From Bigelowiella natans CCMP2755 (taxonomy: Eukaryota; Protista; Cercozoa), in assembly GCA_000320545.1 (NCBI GenBank), contig ADNK01003147.1, positions 26,101-90,100 of the forward strand: a stretch of 64,000 nucleotides of DNA, written 5' to 3'. Of the stretch, positions 26,045 through 39,314 are shown one piece after another. Below the pieces are notes generated by a model. That model was not told the DNA's origin, made no database searches, and saw only the letters and a list, made by a program, of their open reading frames with translations. A program made the translations under genes and the position numbers. The number at the start of each line of letters is the position of its first letter. Within the stretch, counting starts at the first letter, position 1.

Positions 26045-27207
26045 ATGGAGTTCATCAAAAAGAATCTTGTCCTGCAATATCCCAAGACAAAACAGGGTAG
26101 ATCTAAATCATACGTTTTGGTTTGAGGCGCATTTCTCATCAATGAATTGCTACAGGTAAGCAAGAATACATCGGTTACTACTTCATCCTTGCAGTTGTCT
26201 TCGGCCTGCTGATAGCCTTCTACTCCGTCCAAGAGGTCACTATCACAGAACAGAGTTCCACAGATGGAGATGGATGCACAGCGAACGATGTTACTTTTAA
26301 TTCAGTCCTCGGCAGTGTTCAAAATCTTCCTTATAACGACGGGGACTGCTACAATAGTATCTACAAAGTAGTCAACGAGTCAATATATATGAACTTCCTT
26401 CACCAATGCTTTTATGATCCTACCGATAGCACCAGCCCTTATACACATACTTCAACGTGGGAAGCTTCATACTACAATGGTGCAACGGTTACTGTCATGA
26501 CCAAAGTGGGTTTCACCGCCGCGACCCAGATATCACAGACGGATCAGCAAGAATACGCTCGCTGCTACCAAGCCACACCTCCTGGGATAATTGATTACGA
26601 GGACAACATCTGCTGCACTGGCACTTCAAGTCCAGGGTACTGTCTTCCTACATATACAGGAACAAGCTGGAACCTAGCTAATTGTCCGAGCACTGAAACA
26701 GTAAGTAACAAAAGCTGAAGTAAAACTTTTGAAAATAAGCAGTTGATGAATACAATGTGTGAGAGTGTGAGAGACTTGTGCTTCGGTTTCTGGCTGCGCC
26801 AGCAGATGATTTTAGAACGATGAGTGCCTACCGAGAAATTGACTGATTTGAATCTGTGTCAGATTAAGCCTGGACAACTTCTAAAAAATTCTCCGGACGG
26901 AATATTTAGTCTACTCACTGACGCTGAGAAAGATACTATTATCTCTCAATATGCCGTATCTTTTGATAATACTGTAAAAGGAATGTGCAGATTTGCTCCT
27001 CAAAGTGTAACCTACACGTGTGATAGGAAGATCAAACAGTCACCGATATCGATTTTAGTCACCTGCATTACTCTCTGGACTAGCATTGCTGCTTATGTTC
27101 TGTCCGCTTTTTCTATGTACTATGGCCCTGACCCTGAAGAAGACGCGAGTAGCCCAGTCGTGAGTGCTGCTGTCGAGCTCAAATCGTCTTCGACAAAGCC
27201 TGTGTGA
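26045..27207 (+). CDS. Hypothetical two-transmembrane protein with Cys-rich ectodomain
   Basis: Exons 26045-26096, 26156-26700 and 26863-27207 splice in frame: MEFIKKNLVLQYPKTKQG..YIGYYFILAVVFGLLIAFYSV (TM1), a ~250-aa Cys/Thr-rich loop, then SPISILVTCITLWTSIAAYVLSAFSMYY (TM2). Confidence 0.8.
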
Positions 27208-28143
27208 TGGTCTCAGATTCTTAAAAAACAGCGATCACAACCAAAGTAATCAGCATGGTCTCTGGCCCAGCAAGATTGTAAGACATCTGTGCATTTGTTT
27301 TTCAGCATGACATGTCTTCAGTGTGCACTTCATGTCTTCATTTTCACACAGATTCCCAAAACAACATTGCACATGCGCACCGCCTGTCTGTGACACACAT
27401 GCGCTAAAAGAAGTGACTGCTATGCCAGCAAAGGCAGGCAGTGCTGTGGAATCGAATGGTCCGTGCATGCATGAACAGATCCGCACTTGCTTAGTTTTTG
27501 GTCGGCGCTGCATGTGCCGGCAAATTATTAGAAGCTTGCTTCACAGTGTCATGCATTTGGATGAATGCTAGAATGCGTGACGCACTTATTCGTCCGCAGG
27601 CGGCCAGACCAAATGCCTGATCGACAGCGCAGTGTCGCAGGCGCCCCGCCAATGTGTGCACACGTACGGCATGCCACATGCGCATCGCATGTCAAATTGA
27701 GCACCAAAGCAGGCCAACAAGTTGATGTGCTACGCACAGCTGTCATCATGGGATACGAAACATTCGACATGCGCGCAAGTGCGTGCATGCGTGCGCACAT
27801 CAATTGTGTGCCGCGAATGCACCACGTGCAGCATCACAATGACACTGTGACTGCTCGCATCGCGCAGTCGCGATCATGAGCAATGAGCACCACTGGCCGT
27901 GCATCACATCTAGCTAGGCTAGTTAGCCATGCCAACATGCCACACCAGCATTCGTGCGTTCTCACGCGATTTTTACTCATTGTTAGCGGCACGCTGACCA
28001 ATCAGTCTCCATTGAATTCTTTCTTGTTCTGTGCTCCTTGGCACGTTTTTTTTCTCTTTCCTGTTATCTCAATTTTCTCTCTCTCCATCACGTTGCCAAT
28101 TCTTTCTTCCTTGTTCCTCACGTCTCTCTGCCTCTCTTTCTTC

Positions 28144-28179
<36 letters not shown>

Positions 28180-28199
28180 TCTTTCTCCGCCCCCCCCTT

Positions 28200-29140
28200 C
28201 CTTTTCCAACGTGCATTTCCTGATTTCTGGAACGGAGACGAGCGAGTTGTTTTGTCCACAGTTGCTCAATGGCACCAAACGTCAGAACCATCAGAGGTGA
28301 ATTTGGTCTGTGAACTCTGCCTTTTTTTGGGGTCAACAACACGGTGTTCTTTTTTGTTCATGCATCAGGTCATGACAGACACAGCAATGCTAGACACAGC
28401 AATGCACTACATGTATAACATGTGTTGTGTATTGCGTGCCTATCATGGTTGTTGTTCCTCAGCTGACCTCAGCTCACCTCCGACTTCCAGCAGCTTTCGT
28501 TTCAGACATGCTTGACAACATCCACCAGTTCTCCATGCGTGCCAGCACCAAGGACTCACAAGGTGCAATTGCAGATGCATGATGATCAACCGACACCCAA
28601 ACAAGGAGGCCAAGGCACACATTGTCTCCCAGTTCATGCTGTCGGGGACACCAATGTGACGTTCACAGTGCGCACCTCCGATGAGCCTGTGAGAGCAATT
28701 GTTTTTGGCGGTTCGGAGCGACTGGTGTCACTCTCCGCAGGACCCAACATTGCTTTTGAAGGAGGAGAATCGGTCGATCCAGCGCATGTTTCTTCCCGGT
28801 CATCGTTCAACTGGTCGCTCACTGACGTTGTTGCCAACGGAAACTGGGAAACGCTCTTCCGCCACGGGCCATCAGCAGCACAGCAGCACGTGCGCAGCAG
28901 CCCTCGTTTCCACCGACATTCTCACAGCCAACAAAACGTGCTTGCCAGAGCTCGTTGCGACCAGCAACGCCTCCAGATGGACAGATCGGGCAGGACACAG
29001 CAGATGATTCGCACTGCAGACGTGTCTCATCACGCAGATGACCGGTCTCTGCCACAACGTCCATGTTGAAGAAATGGGGGATGTGAAGACTGCGCACGAC
29101 AACTGCAATTTGGGATTGGATTTGAACGGCAATTCTTGAG
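28200..29140 (+). pseudogene. Relic spliced gene inside a TpA-free island
   Basis: Exon-like blocks with splice-like borders (cagag|gtgaat ~28296, tttcag| 28505, ctcacag| 28927), preceded by a (CT)n intron-like tract. The translation is globular-looking but has no Tyr. Zero TpA in 28443-29140. Confidence 0.5.
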
Positions 29141-29339
29141 TAAAACGGCCTACATTCATGGATTTATTCGAACAAATATTGCGAATTTTATGACACAAAC
29201 GCCCATAGATGGCTGACACGCATCCCTCTCCTAACACGAATCTGAAACAACACACGCCGCCCCCCCCGATAACCCTCTCTCCAACAAGCACTACCTGCAC
29301 ATAAAAATAAAACCAAACGATACAGCGGTTTTCAGATTA

Positions 29340-30195
29340 ATGGACGCAAAAGAACATTCATTAATCGCTACAGAAACCAGTGGTAAGCATGGAAAGAAGT
29401 AGTATTTAGGAATACAACTTCGCTCGTTCGACTATTCGTACGTCTTTCATTAACGCGCCCCAGCAACTCATGTTTGTCTTCTATTACTACAGGCGACGAC
29501 TATTTCTATCCGTCAGCGAAAAGCTTGCGAAATCCGAAAAAACAAGGTGATACTACTATCATAAAGCCATTGCATTCGTGTGCGAATATGAAGATTATCG
29601 TACTTTAAACATAAACGTGCAGGTTGGCTCATCAAGTACAAGCCTGGCTGCTTCTGCGATGTCTGGAAAAGACGATGGTACGTTTCTAGTTTCAACTAAG
29701 TTGGTATTCGTTTTGGATGGGCAGAGCTCCTTATTGTTACGATGATGAAAGACAATCCTTTTGGATTTGCGAAAACATACCTAGAAAGAGGAACTAAAAT
29801 TAGAGGAGTCTTTCACTGCAGCTTCGAATGCTAACGTGTGCGTTGGATATTGCTTCCAAAAAGAGTTCAAATGGTTTGGTTCTTATCGAATTATGGTATC
29901 GTGATTGCCTTTAAATGGTAAATTTAGGGTTGTGCTCCAAGGAGGCTACATCTTCAAATTCGAGCGGGTAGTAGTTGTCATCGTGGTTTTGTAACTCTAT
30001 TAGTCTAGAACAGCCATATGCCATATTTAAATTGAGAGGTACTGCTCTTTGAATGAATCCGTGTGCTTTCCACGGCCTCTCCTCTGTTTGTAGAAAGACT
30101 CTAAGAGGCCTAAGGGGCTGCCCATATCAGTCACCGAGACCAGTGCATCGATAGAGCGAAACACTTCCGACACTGATCAATACGTAATTAAATTA

Positions 30196-30267
<72 letters not shown>

Positions 30268-30437
30268 TATGTCTGTGTGTGTGTGTGTGTGCGTGTGCGT
30301 GTGCGTGTATATGTTTCTGAAATGTTGGTGTTCTATTTGAAGAATTTCCTCGGTCAAGATGATACATTCGCAATGTTTCCTATTTTTCATTTAGCAATAG
30401 GGTTTCATCACGGTGTTTTACGGTAATTATGTATTTT

Positions 30438-30499
<62 letters not shown>

Positions 30500-30790
30500 A
30501 TTTCAGGGGAAAGTCCTATGTATATCAAGCATTTCAAAGAAGCAAGTGTTTGCTACAGATGATGGTGGGTGCGTGTGTATAACTCATGAGACTGTCATTT
30601 TGAATATTGGAGATTTATCGGTTATCACTGTGGTACAATGGGGTTTGCCGCTACCACAAAACTATAGCAAGCTCTGTACTATGGCGCATACGACTGTGTT
30701 CAAATATTAACTAGTCTTCATAAACTTAAGCATTGATTATAACAACTTATTAGTGTGGAAGGCACAAATTATAAATATATATTATATATA

Positions 30791-30824
<34 letters not shown>

Positions 30825-31857
30825 GTGTGTGTGTGTGTGTGTTTGTGTGTGTGAGTGTAAATATTATGTTATATACTGTATTTTTATATAAATGTGTGTT
30901 ATTTGTGTATTAAAAACAATGAATTTAAGTAAAAACAATATTCTTAATATAGATGTTATACATTGTATCATAAAAATTTTATAATCTTATCGAAAGAGAT
31001 TTATAGTTTCGTATTTAATATACAAAGAAAGATACCATATGTACTTATCTGGCATATCTTTGCATTCGTAGTGGCCTTCTCTAAATCGAGTACTTTTGGT
31101 AGAATTGTATGGAGGTTTTTTTACACTTTCACGTCTTATTTTTACACACAGACGAAGAGCTGTACGAATGGATTGAAGCTATTCAGGTAATTCAACACGC
31201 ATACATATGCATATATAAATATATATTTATTTATTTATATTATATTTATATATATCATAATTGATATTTACAACGTGTGGAACTTTAAAGAGAATTTGCC
31301 GATATATTGTCATAACATGTACGTCGTTTTGGTTGTTTGCCATTGTAGAAGGCGAAGAATGATACAATAAAACAAAGGTGGGTATTTGTCTACTATCTGT
31401 AAGAATCTTGATATACGACGGATGCTGATTTCCTGAAAATGTAACAATAATTTACTTTTACATAAGCGCCGCATAAAGGTATTTGTTTTCAGAAGTCTAC
31501 GTGTTTGTTAATTAGTATTTTCGGTTGTGTTGTGTAGATTAGGGCACATGGAAATAGGGAGTGAAGATGCTTACGCACACCGAGCCGGTTTGCCGTCAGC
31601 AACAATTAGAACTTATGAAAAATAATGAGTTGTGTTTGTTTGTTTGATTCGATGCGTGCCATCCACACGTCTCCATAACTTTAGTGATTTGTTCGTTTTC
31701 GCATGGTATATAATTAGATGCTTCACTAACGTATCTACTGAATGATATATTTGGTATTTTAGGAGCTAGATTAGAAAAATTCAAAGCGCGAATAGAAGGG
31801 CGCGATGCAGCCCTCAATCAAGGACGCTTTGGAGTGGCAGACACGCCTTTTGGATGA
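29340..31857 (+). CDS. Small pleckstrin-homology (PH) domain protein, ~10 short exons
   Basis: Spliced translation: MDAKEHSLIATETSG|DDYFYPSAKSLRNPKKQG|WLIKYKPGCFCDVWKRRW|VVLQGGYIFKFER|KDSKRPKGLPISV..|GKVLCISSISKKQVFATDD|DEELYEWIEAIQ|KAKNDTIKQR|LGHMEIG..|ARLEKFK..ADTPFG*. All junctions are GT-AG and in phase. Confidence 0.88.
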
Positions 31858-32675
31858 ACGGCTGTTTCATGGGCCGAACAGTATATTGTGTATAATCATT
31901 GAATTTACAAGCAATGAACCTTACTTATCAATGAGTTTTTAGCAAGCGTAGAATCAACATTCATTCATCACGTTGTCAAACATGATGATAAAGCCAGTTA
32001 GCATATGCTGCGCAGAACAAAAGCAAATCGAGTTTGTTCGCTATCGGTACCGCAAGACAGCTGGGAGCAGTAGCACGATGAGGTGACTGCGATGCCTCTC
32101 AAAAAGAAGATTTTCGTGCTGGTAAAACCGTAGATATTTATTGCCTGATCGATGTTGAGCATGCTATATATTGCATGCAACAGCTACATTGCCGCAGACA
32201 CCTGCTTTACTGCAACATGAGTGTTTAGACTGCAGGCCACACAACATGTACAACATATGCTAGCATCAGCAGCCTTTGTGTATATGCATTAACACTTTTG
32301 CTCTAATATGATATTCACATACATATTTATCATTATTGCTGCGTGTCCATGCACGATCGACACAACGAGGCTTTACTAGCGTAGCTGAAGGCACGCGGGC
32401 GCTTCACATTGTCACGCCTCAAACATTGTGTAGTGCACACTATATGTTAAAAGGATGATCATGCCTGCTGAACTTAATTCCCTTGTTGCAGATTCTCATG
32501 AAAGTCACCTTGTCTCAACAAAATGTGGCCCACAGAATCATCACAAAGGTGTACACACACGTCTTCAGTCAGGATCCGCAGCCAGGAGTTATTTTTTCCA
32601 ACATAGAATTATCGAAGTTCTAAGGAAAAATTGCTCTGGTTGCCATCAGATGAAGTAATTGAAGCAACATTCTTC

Positions 32676-33820
32676 TCACATACATCCCTCAGGTTGCATT
32701 AATGCACAGTATGCGCTTTGACTTGCTGGGACAATGCTGACGTTGTTGTTGAAAAAGTTTGTCGGATCATATTTTTGTTTGATTTTGCAGCGTTTCACAT
32801 AGCTGTCTTTGTGGATCCAACGAGCATGACTTTTACTCCGCCAGTCAAATGCAGCGGCACATATATATCCAGAAAATAAATCTTTGCGGATAGGTTTCCA
32901 CTGCTTTCGTACCCATTCAATGCAGGGAGCTTTAATTTTTTCTTCCATCCACCCGCTCCAGGTTGCCATTAGCCAATTGATTTCGGAGTTACCAGGCCAT
33001 GCCATCTTTGAACATTTTCGTTGGGCTGCTCCACCAAAGTGGTAACATGCTGTTGAAAAAAATGGAACGTCTCCTGCCCCAGGTGGCAAGATGCTCAAAC
33101 ACCTTCCGACCGTTCTCACGAGATACAAACCCCCCGCAATGATAATAACTTGCTTTCCATGGAATACAGAAAAGCTGTTGTAGATTCCAATGCGTAATGC
33201 TGGCCCATGCATCCCCATCTTTATTGTGCTCATTTATTGGTTTTGCACCACAGTCTTTTGCGAGATCACGAAACATTGTCTCCCACTTCTTTGGCGAAGA
33301 AGTATTGATTCCCTTGCTCATACATATATTGAGCCATCCAAAATCCAACACCGGTTACTCCATCGGCAATCATAAAGCAAGGAAGTAAAAATACTGAATC
33401 TGGGAAAGAAGGATCTGGGAAAGAAGGATCTTCGTTGCATTTGCTCACAACGTCCCAAAGTTTTGTTGTATATTTTTATTCGAAGAAGTAGGCGCCCAAG
33501 CGAACCTCCTTTCCTTGATCTGGATCAACCATCTCATAATTTTTCTTGGTAATTTCTGTGACAATTCCGAAGCTTGGTGCTGCTCCACGGAGTGCAAAAA
33601 ACAGATCTTGATTCTCTTTCTCGGAGGCAACTTTGATGCTACCATCAGCCAAGGACACGGACCGATCTCAAACATTCTATACCTGACGTAAGATTATATA
33701 AACATCACGAAGGGGTGGTGACGATGAAGGACAGAATTAAATGCAGCAGGGATCACGAACCATTTCCGACAAGACGTTGTAGCCACCCAACCCCGACAGC
33801 GAAATGTGCGCCTACCCTGC
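32676..33820 (-). pseudogene. FAD-linked oxidase (berberine-bridge-enzyme-like) pseudogene, 5'-truncated
   Basis: LADGSIKVASEKENQDLFFALRGAAPSFGIVT and C-terminal IKQKYDPTNFFNNNVSIVP. In-frame stops (e.g. 33476, 33266) and frameshifts. Similarity ends at a (TGCTCGGA)4 repeat at 33821. Confidence 0.8.
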
Positions 33821-34013
33821 TGCTCGGATGCTCGGATGCTCGGATGCTCGGATCCAGTGCATACTAAGAATCCATTGTCGCATCAATAAAATGACTTCAA
33901 TTCACGTTAATATCTATATCCTGATAAGAATCGATTGTCGCATGAATAAAATGTCATAAAATCACGGTAATGTGTACATAGCATTTTGGATCTTAAGGCT
34001 GATTTCCACCTTC

Positions 34014-36420
34014 ATGATCACTGCAAGCCCTCCTCCCCCTCTCCAGCAGCCATTATTTCACTCGCATGTACCTGCACTTCACCTAACGCCAAGGATCATT
34101 TGAAAGTTCTAAAGGATAGAATAAAATGAGGCAATTGATTATAGTATATTGGTGTTGTTTCAGGGAGGAGCTGGCCTTTATCCTTGCAAGAAAACAGGCA
34201 TACGAACGATGATGATGACTAACATTTTGGGGTACGCGCAAGACCCCAATAGCGATCATAGGAAGGATCCAATTACGACTAAAGAAATTTTGGACGATGT
34301 TGACGACAGCAACTCCGAAGTACAGAGTTAATTGCTTCTCATCCCATGTTTTAAAGCAAGCGATGACGATGACGATGATGATGATGATGATGATGATGAT
34401 CGTGATACTGCGAAGGTTACTTTGATTACCATGAGCTTTGCCCAATTGGTCCTTCATAGAACTCATATCTGATTACAACATATCTACCACCTTAGAGCTG
34501 GGTCACAAACTCTGCATTCTACACCTCGGTTGCAGGACTTGCTGCTGGCTACTACAAAGTACTCGCCCTCCCCCATCTTCATCAAGCTACTACCAGCACA
34601 TCTGCTCTAGAGATTCCTCTTGGCACTAATTTTGGTTCGTAAGTACTTGTGATAATCAATGAGACAACGATAACGATGCTTGGCGTATTTTGATGATCAT
34701 GTAATTGATTTTATAGCGGATATGTGGATGTGATGATGTGAGTGGGAGCCATATTTTCCGCAGAGTGATTTATATATATTCTTCAATTTGATCATCCTAT
34801 AGGTATCTCAACCCCCCTTATCCTTCAATTTTGCGCAATATTCACTGCTCTTATTGCTACAAACGATCTTCTTCTAAGCCCATTCTTCGATAAAGTTTTG
34901 TCGCAAGATGACCTGAGCAAAGCTAGAAGAGTGATGACGGAAGAAAGTGCTCAGGATGATATCATTGGTGGATTTGGAGGCATATTAGCAAAAGAAATTG
35001 TCATTGCGACAAGCGAGGAGCTTTTTTTCCGAGGTGGTGATGATATTCTTCCGTTGTATGTCAAGTACATCGATGATGATACTATACTTTGATGGCACTG
35101 ATCGTCAAGTTTGGGGGAATTCTATCCTCTAGTGGGAGAAAGAGAGTAAGAGCGCTAATCATTGAGCAATAGATAGAATAAATTGTGTTTATCGTGGTTC
35201 TTGATAATATTATAAACAATATGGAAGATGAGTTGTGTAAACGAATCTGCGACTCTTCTTCTATGTTCATCCCCTTGTACTCGATCATCATCATCATCAT
35301 CAGGAAGTGTGCAAGGTCTACTTCAAGCAGGGCTAGGCTACTTAGCGCTGGTGGGATCAACAACAACAGGAGGCAGTGAGACGATGGCTAAGGCGATGAT
35401 AGATACTCACTATCTATTAGACAGTACTACCCATATTATTTCTCTTCCTGCATTACAGAGGTGATGAGGATGATGATGATGATGATGATTATAAAGATGA
35501 ACTTATCGAGACTAACTAATATTACATTGATTTGAATGATCACCTTATCGAGAGCAACAACCAATATTGCATCGCACGTTACTCATACTCAAGTATTGGA
35601 CAATGCATTTTTTTGGAGGGCACACGCCACTTTAATAGCATTGAAATAAAAACTGAATAAACCATGCTTTTCATTATCCCCAGCATTCTAGGATCCAGTC
35701 TGCTCTTCGCTGCTTTCCATGCGAATGGGTGAGTAATGGTAGATGATGATGGATGGTTTCATTGAGCGTACAATACACGCATTAGTAGAAGGCTAAGCTA
35801 AAGTTAGAGTGCGTGTGCAGCACCAAATTAGGATGAGGAGGATGATGTTCTGATATATTTCTTCTTCTTTTTTCTACTTCACCGCAATTTGCTTTGTCCA
35901 TATCTACAATGGCAGGGGTGCTGTATTTCTCCTGGGAAACCTAGTGTTAGGGCTTTTTCTAGGTACAACTTGCAATTTAGACATAATAGGGGGATGTGTT
36001 AGGGCTTTTTCTAGGTACAACTTGCAATTTAGACATAATAGGGGGATAGAGAACAACATCGCTAGTAATGCCATACTTATTGTGGATTATAAACGTTATT
36101 GAGTTCAAAATAATCGAGAGGAATACAAAGGTTTTTGGTTTTTCACAGCTATTCCACCAAACATTTAACGATAATTATGTATTTTCCTCATAATGCACTA
36201 CACGGCAATGATGCTGCAGCACAACAAATCATCGGTGTTCTCTCTGTGGAGTTTAATTTCAATGTCTCAAATATTATGTTTTTGTGTTTGTTATTCGGTG
36301 GATTATATCTTTATTAGGAGGATCTTTTAGTGGTTCCGGCAATTTGCTCTTACCAATACTATTGCACGCATCTTTTAATATTCGCGCCAAAGCAATGCAA
36401 AGAAATAGTAAAAATAGCTG
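34014..36420 (+). CDS. CPBP (CAAX protease type II / Abi) family intramembrane glutamic protease
   Basis: Exonic motifs IATSEELFFRG (~35005-35035), ILGSSLLFAAFHANG (~35685-35728), GAVFLLGNLVLGLFLG, and SGNLLLPILLHASFN..* (stop at 36420). 5' exons and start uncertain. Confidence 0.82.
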
Positions 36421-36599
36421 ACGATGACGCAATGCAATACGACTTTCGTGCCTATAAATGGGTTGAAACAGAGGGGAGCTAATGAAAGAAGAAGGCTATT
36501 TACATCAATATCAAAGAGCAGGAGGTATAAAGGAGAGTAAAGGCTACTTACATCGATACCAAAGAGCAGGAGATACAAAGGAGAGTGACTCCCTTTCAT

Positions 36600-37240
36600 C
36601 ACTTGCCGTATCAAGCCTCCTTGAATTAGAAGAGGCGTTCAAGTAGGCAGGCATAACCGACTACAACAACAACAACTACTACTACGACCACTACTACTAC
36701 TCCTATTATCAATTGTTCTCTTTGCAAAAATGTGAGTTCGTAAGTAGAGTTATTCGCAAGAAAGGCTTTTATTCAAGAGTACAGCAATTGGTTGCTGTGC
36801 GTCAGCCGCCTTCTTAGTAACGATTAGTAACTACAACGTTCTCCTCCATCGGCCATGTTTGGCAAGTGATAATCTAGTGCCCAAGCAGCAGCCATCTTGG
36901 CATCGTCTATCGGTAGTAACATGCGTGCTCCCTCTATTGTATCCCCACTTAGCTACTCAATGCTTGACATCTTTTCCACAACAATCCGAATGCCAGTGGA
37001 ACGAAGAGAGATGGTAAACATTGGTGTGAGACGACTTTAAAAGGATATTCGTAGTACCAATGCATGGGTAGTAACGAAGTTCCGCTATATATATCTCTGT
37101 ATCCAGTCGCGAAATCGTATGTCCTCTAGGATATGAGTGCTGATAACTTAAAATCTTGATGTTTTTCATTGCTCTGCTGGATATCCAGCCAATGCACCAA
37201 TAACGTCGGGAACTAATGTGACAAGCTTCCATCCTATTCA
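36600..37240 (-). other. Possible exon fragments of an unidentified gene or pseudogene
   Basis: Short AG/GT-bounded blocks translate to protein-like text (e.g. KWGYNRGARMLLPIDDAKMAAAWALDYHLPNMADGGE). No family recognised and the chain was not closed. Confidence 0.25.
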
Positions 37241-39107
37241 AAACTAAGACTCGAGATCAACACCAACTCATAGCAGCCGACTTTGCTATAGAACTGCATA
37301 TGGACATAATGCATAAACGATGAGCTAGACACGATATCCAAACGCATCGATTGCAATTCCAGCTCCTGCTCCAAATTCTATAATTGCTGACGCGTGGTGT
37401 ATGAGCAAACCTCTCCTTTCAATGACTTTATTGTGTGCACATTTCATGCGCACGTGTGCATTTGGCCTGTACGTGTACATCGAATTATATTATTCCATTG
37501 CATGGATTTGTGATGTTCACATGCACCACTGTCCAAACACATATTTGTCTAGATATGTCTGCATGGAGCATTCTGTGCGATCATTTAGACCTGTTTTGTT
37601 TTTAGATGAACGTGTATGAGACTTTGTATCGTAAGATCGACGGATGTAGTTAATCAATTAAATTTTCTTCAATGGTCATTCTTGTCTAGTTGTGCAGCTG
37701 TGCCCCCACATGTGTGTGACAAAGTTTGACAAATGTGTCATTCGAGCATGATGTTACACTAGCACATGGAACATGCACATATAAGCGAGCGCTCATTCTA
37801 GCATTCTACAACCAGCAGAAACCACACAGAATGTGCACTCATGCATTTGGCCAACCCCAGCGCATGCAGTACTAGAGTACGTGCAGCGCGCAGCGGCAAA
37901 AATCACAAATGTGCACATGGCCAGATCTAGAGATCGATGGAAACAATGCTTGACCAACTAGCAAGCTAACGCCAGCCAACTTTGAGGCCGCACGCGCATT
38001 GCTAGATTGTGCCATGTAAAAGTCGCGCCGTCATGACGCCTTTTATTTAGGCTTTTTTGAGGCATCAAATTCCCATGAACCTCATCACGCTGTTTTGCAG
38101 AAAGCGCATTTCTCAATTTGAATTTTCGCGAGCAAAGATGTAAGCATATTGCACACTTTTTCCACAACTTACAAGACATTGTAATTGATGTCGCATATAC
38201 ATTTCAAAATTCGAACACAACGTACGCACAAAGCAATTTTCATTGAGTTTGATCGAACTTTTCACTTCAAAATTTGTCATTTTGAATTTTCAACAACCAA
38301 ATGAGGACGCAAATCACAGGTAAGTAGTGGCAAGTGCGACGGCATTGTGAATCTGCGAGCTCATTTTGGAGTGTTCAGAGGTGTTTTAGCGCACCAAAAG
38401 CTCGCAAAAATTGTATGAACTCTGCTAGCAGAAAAGTGCGTTTTCATGCGCGTTAGGCGATGATTCCCCAGTGGTGAATTCAACCGAGGCCTGCTAGCCT
38501 GACCTGCGCATAATGCTCAGGAGGCCATTGTCACAGGTTCGTGCTGGATGCGTCGAATGTTAACACATGACCGGCCAAGGCTATGTAAATGCATCTAGAC
38601 ATTCAGTACTAGAGTGTTATGTCGTCATGATGAAGCTGCATGCGCACAAGACACTTGCTACTAGCTTGGGCGTAACGGGCTCTAGTGTGAACACAAATGC
38701 ATGGCACATTAGCTGTGTACAGGTAGCGTAGCATTGCAACATGTGAACATGTGCTTGTTGAGATGCACGTATGGAATGCTTGACAGAGGCAGAGTATCAT
38801 ACATCTACACATTTGCACACACATACATATATATATACAATCATGTACATGTAGTAGGCATGTTACGTTGTCCGTATGAAGCATGCGCGGTGCATTGAAT
38901 TTACGCCGCAGGCGTTTCTATGCATATGTGTGGCCGAATGACTAAGTATGTGTAATACATCCTATGTGATATTGAAATTCCTAACTCTGCTTAAAATTGA
39001 AATTTTCTCATGAAGGTGTTTGCAGGACTTAATATGTCGGCATGAAATGATATGATCTAAGTATTATAGAATCTATCATTAGGTACTGACGATATACCGC
39101 TGCTCGT

Positions 39108-39281
39108 TTAAGCCCAAGCACGAGATTGTGTCTTCCACCACACCACGAATTCTTTCTTATCGATCTTTCCATTGCGATCCGTATCTAGGATGTTGTAAGC
39201 CACCTGCATTGTTTTGGAAGTTTATTATATTGTTCCAAACAGTGATTATGTACCAATCAACGTATTGTTGAGAGGATGATA

Positions 39282-39314
<33 letters not shown>

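Noticed and set aside
29513-30390. Minus-strand gene suggested by short ORFs
   Set aside because: The plus strand gives a fully phased PH-domain exon chain over the same interval.
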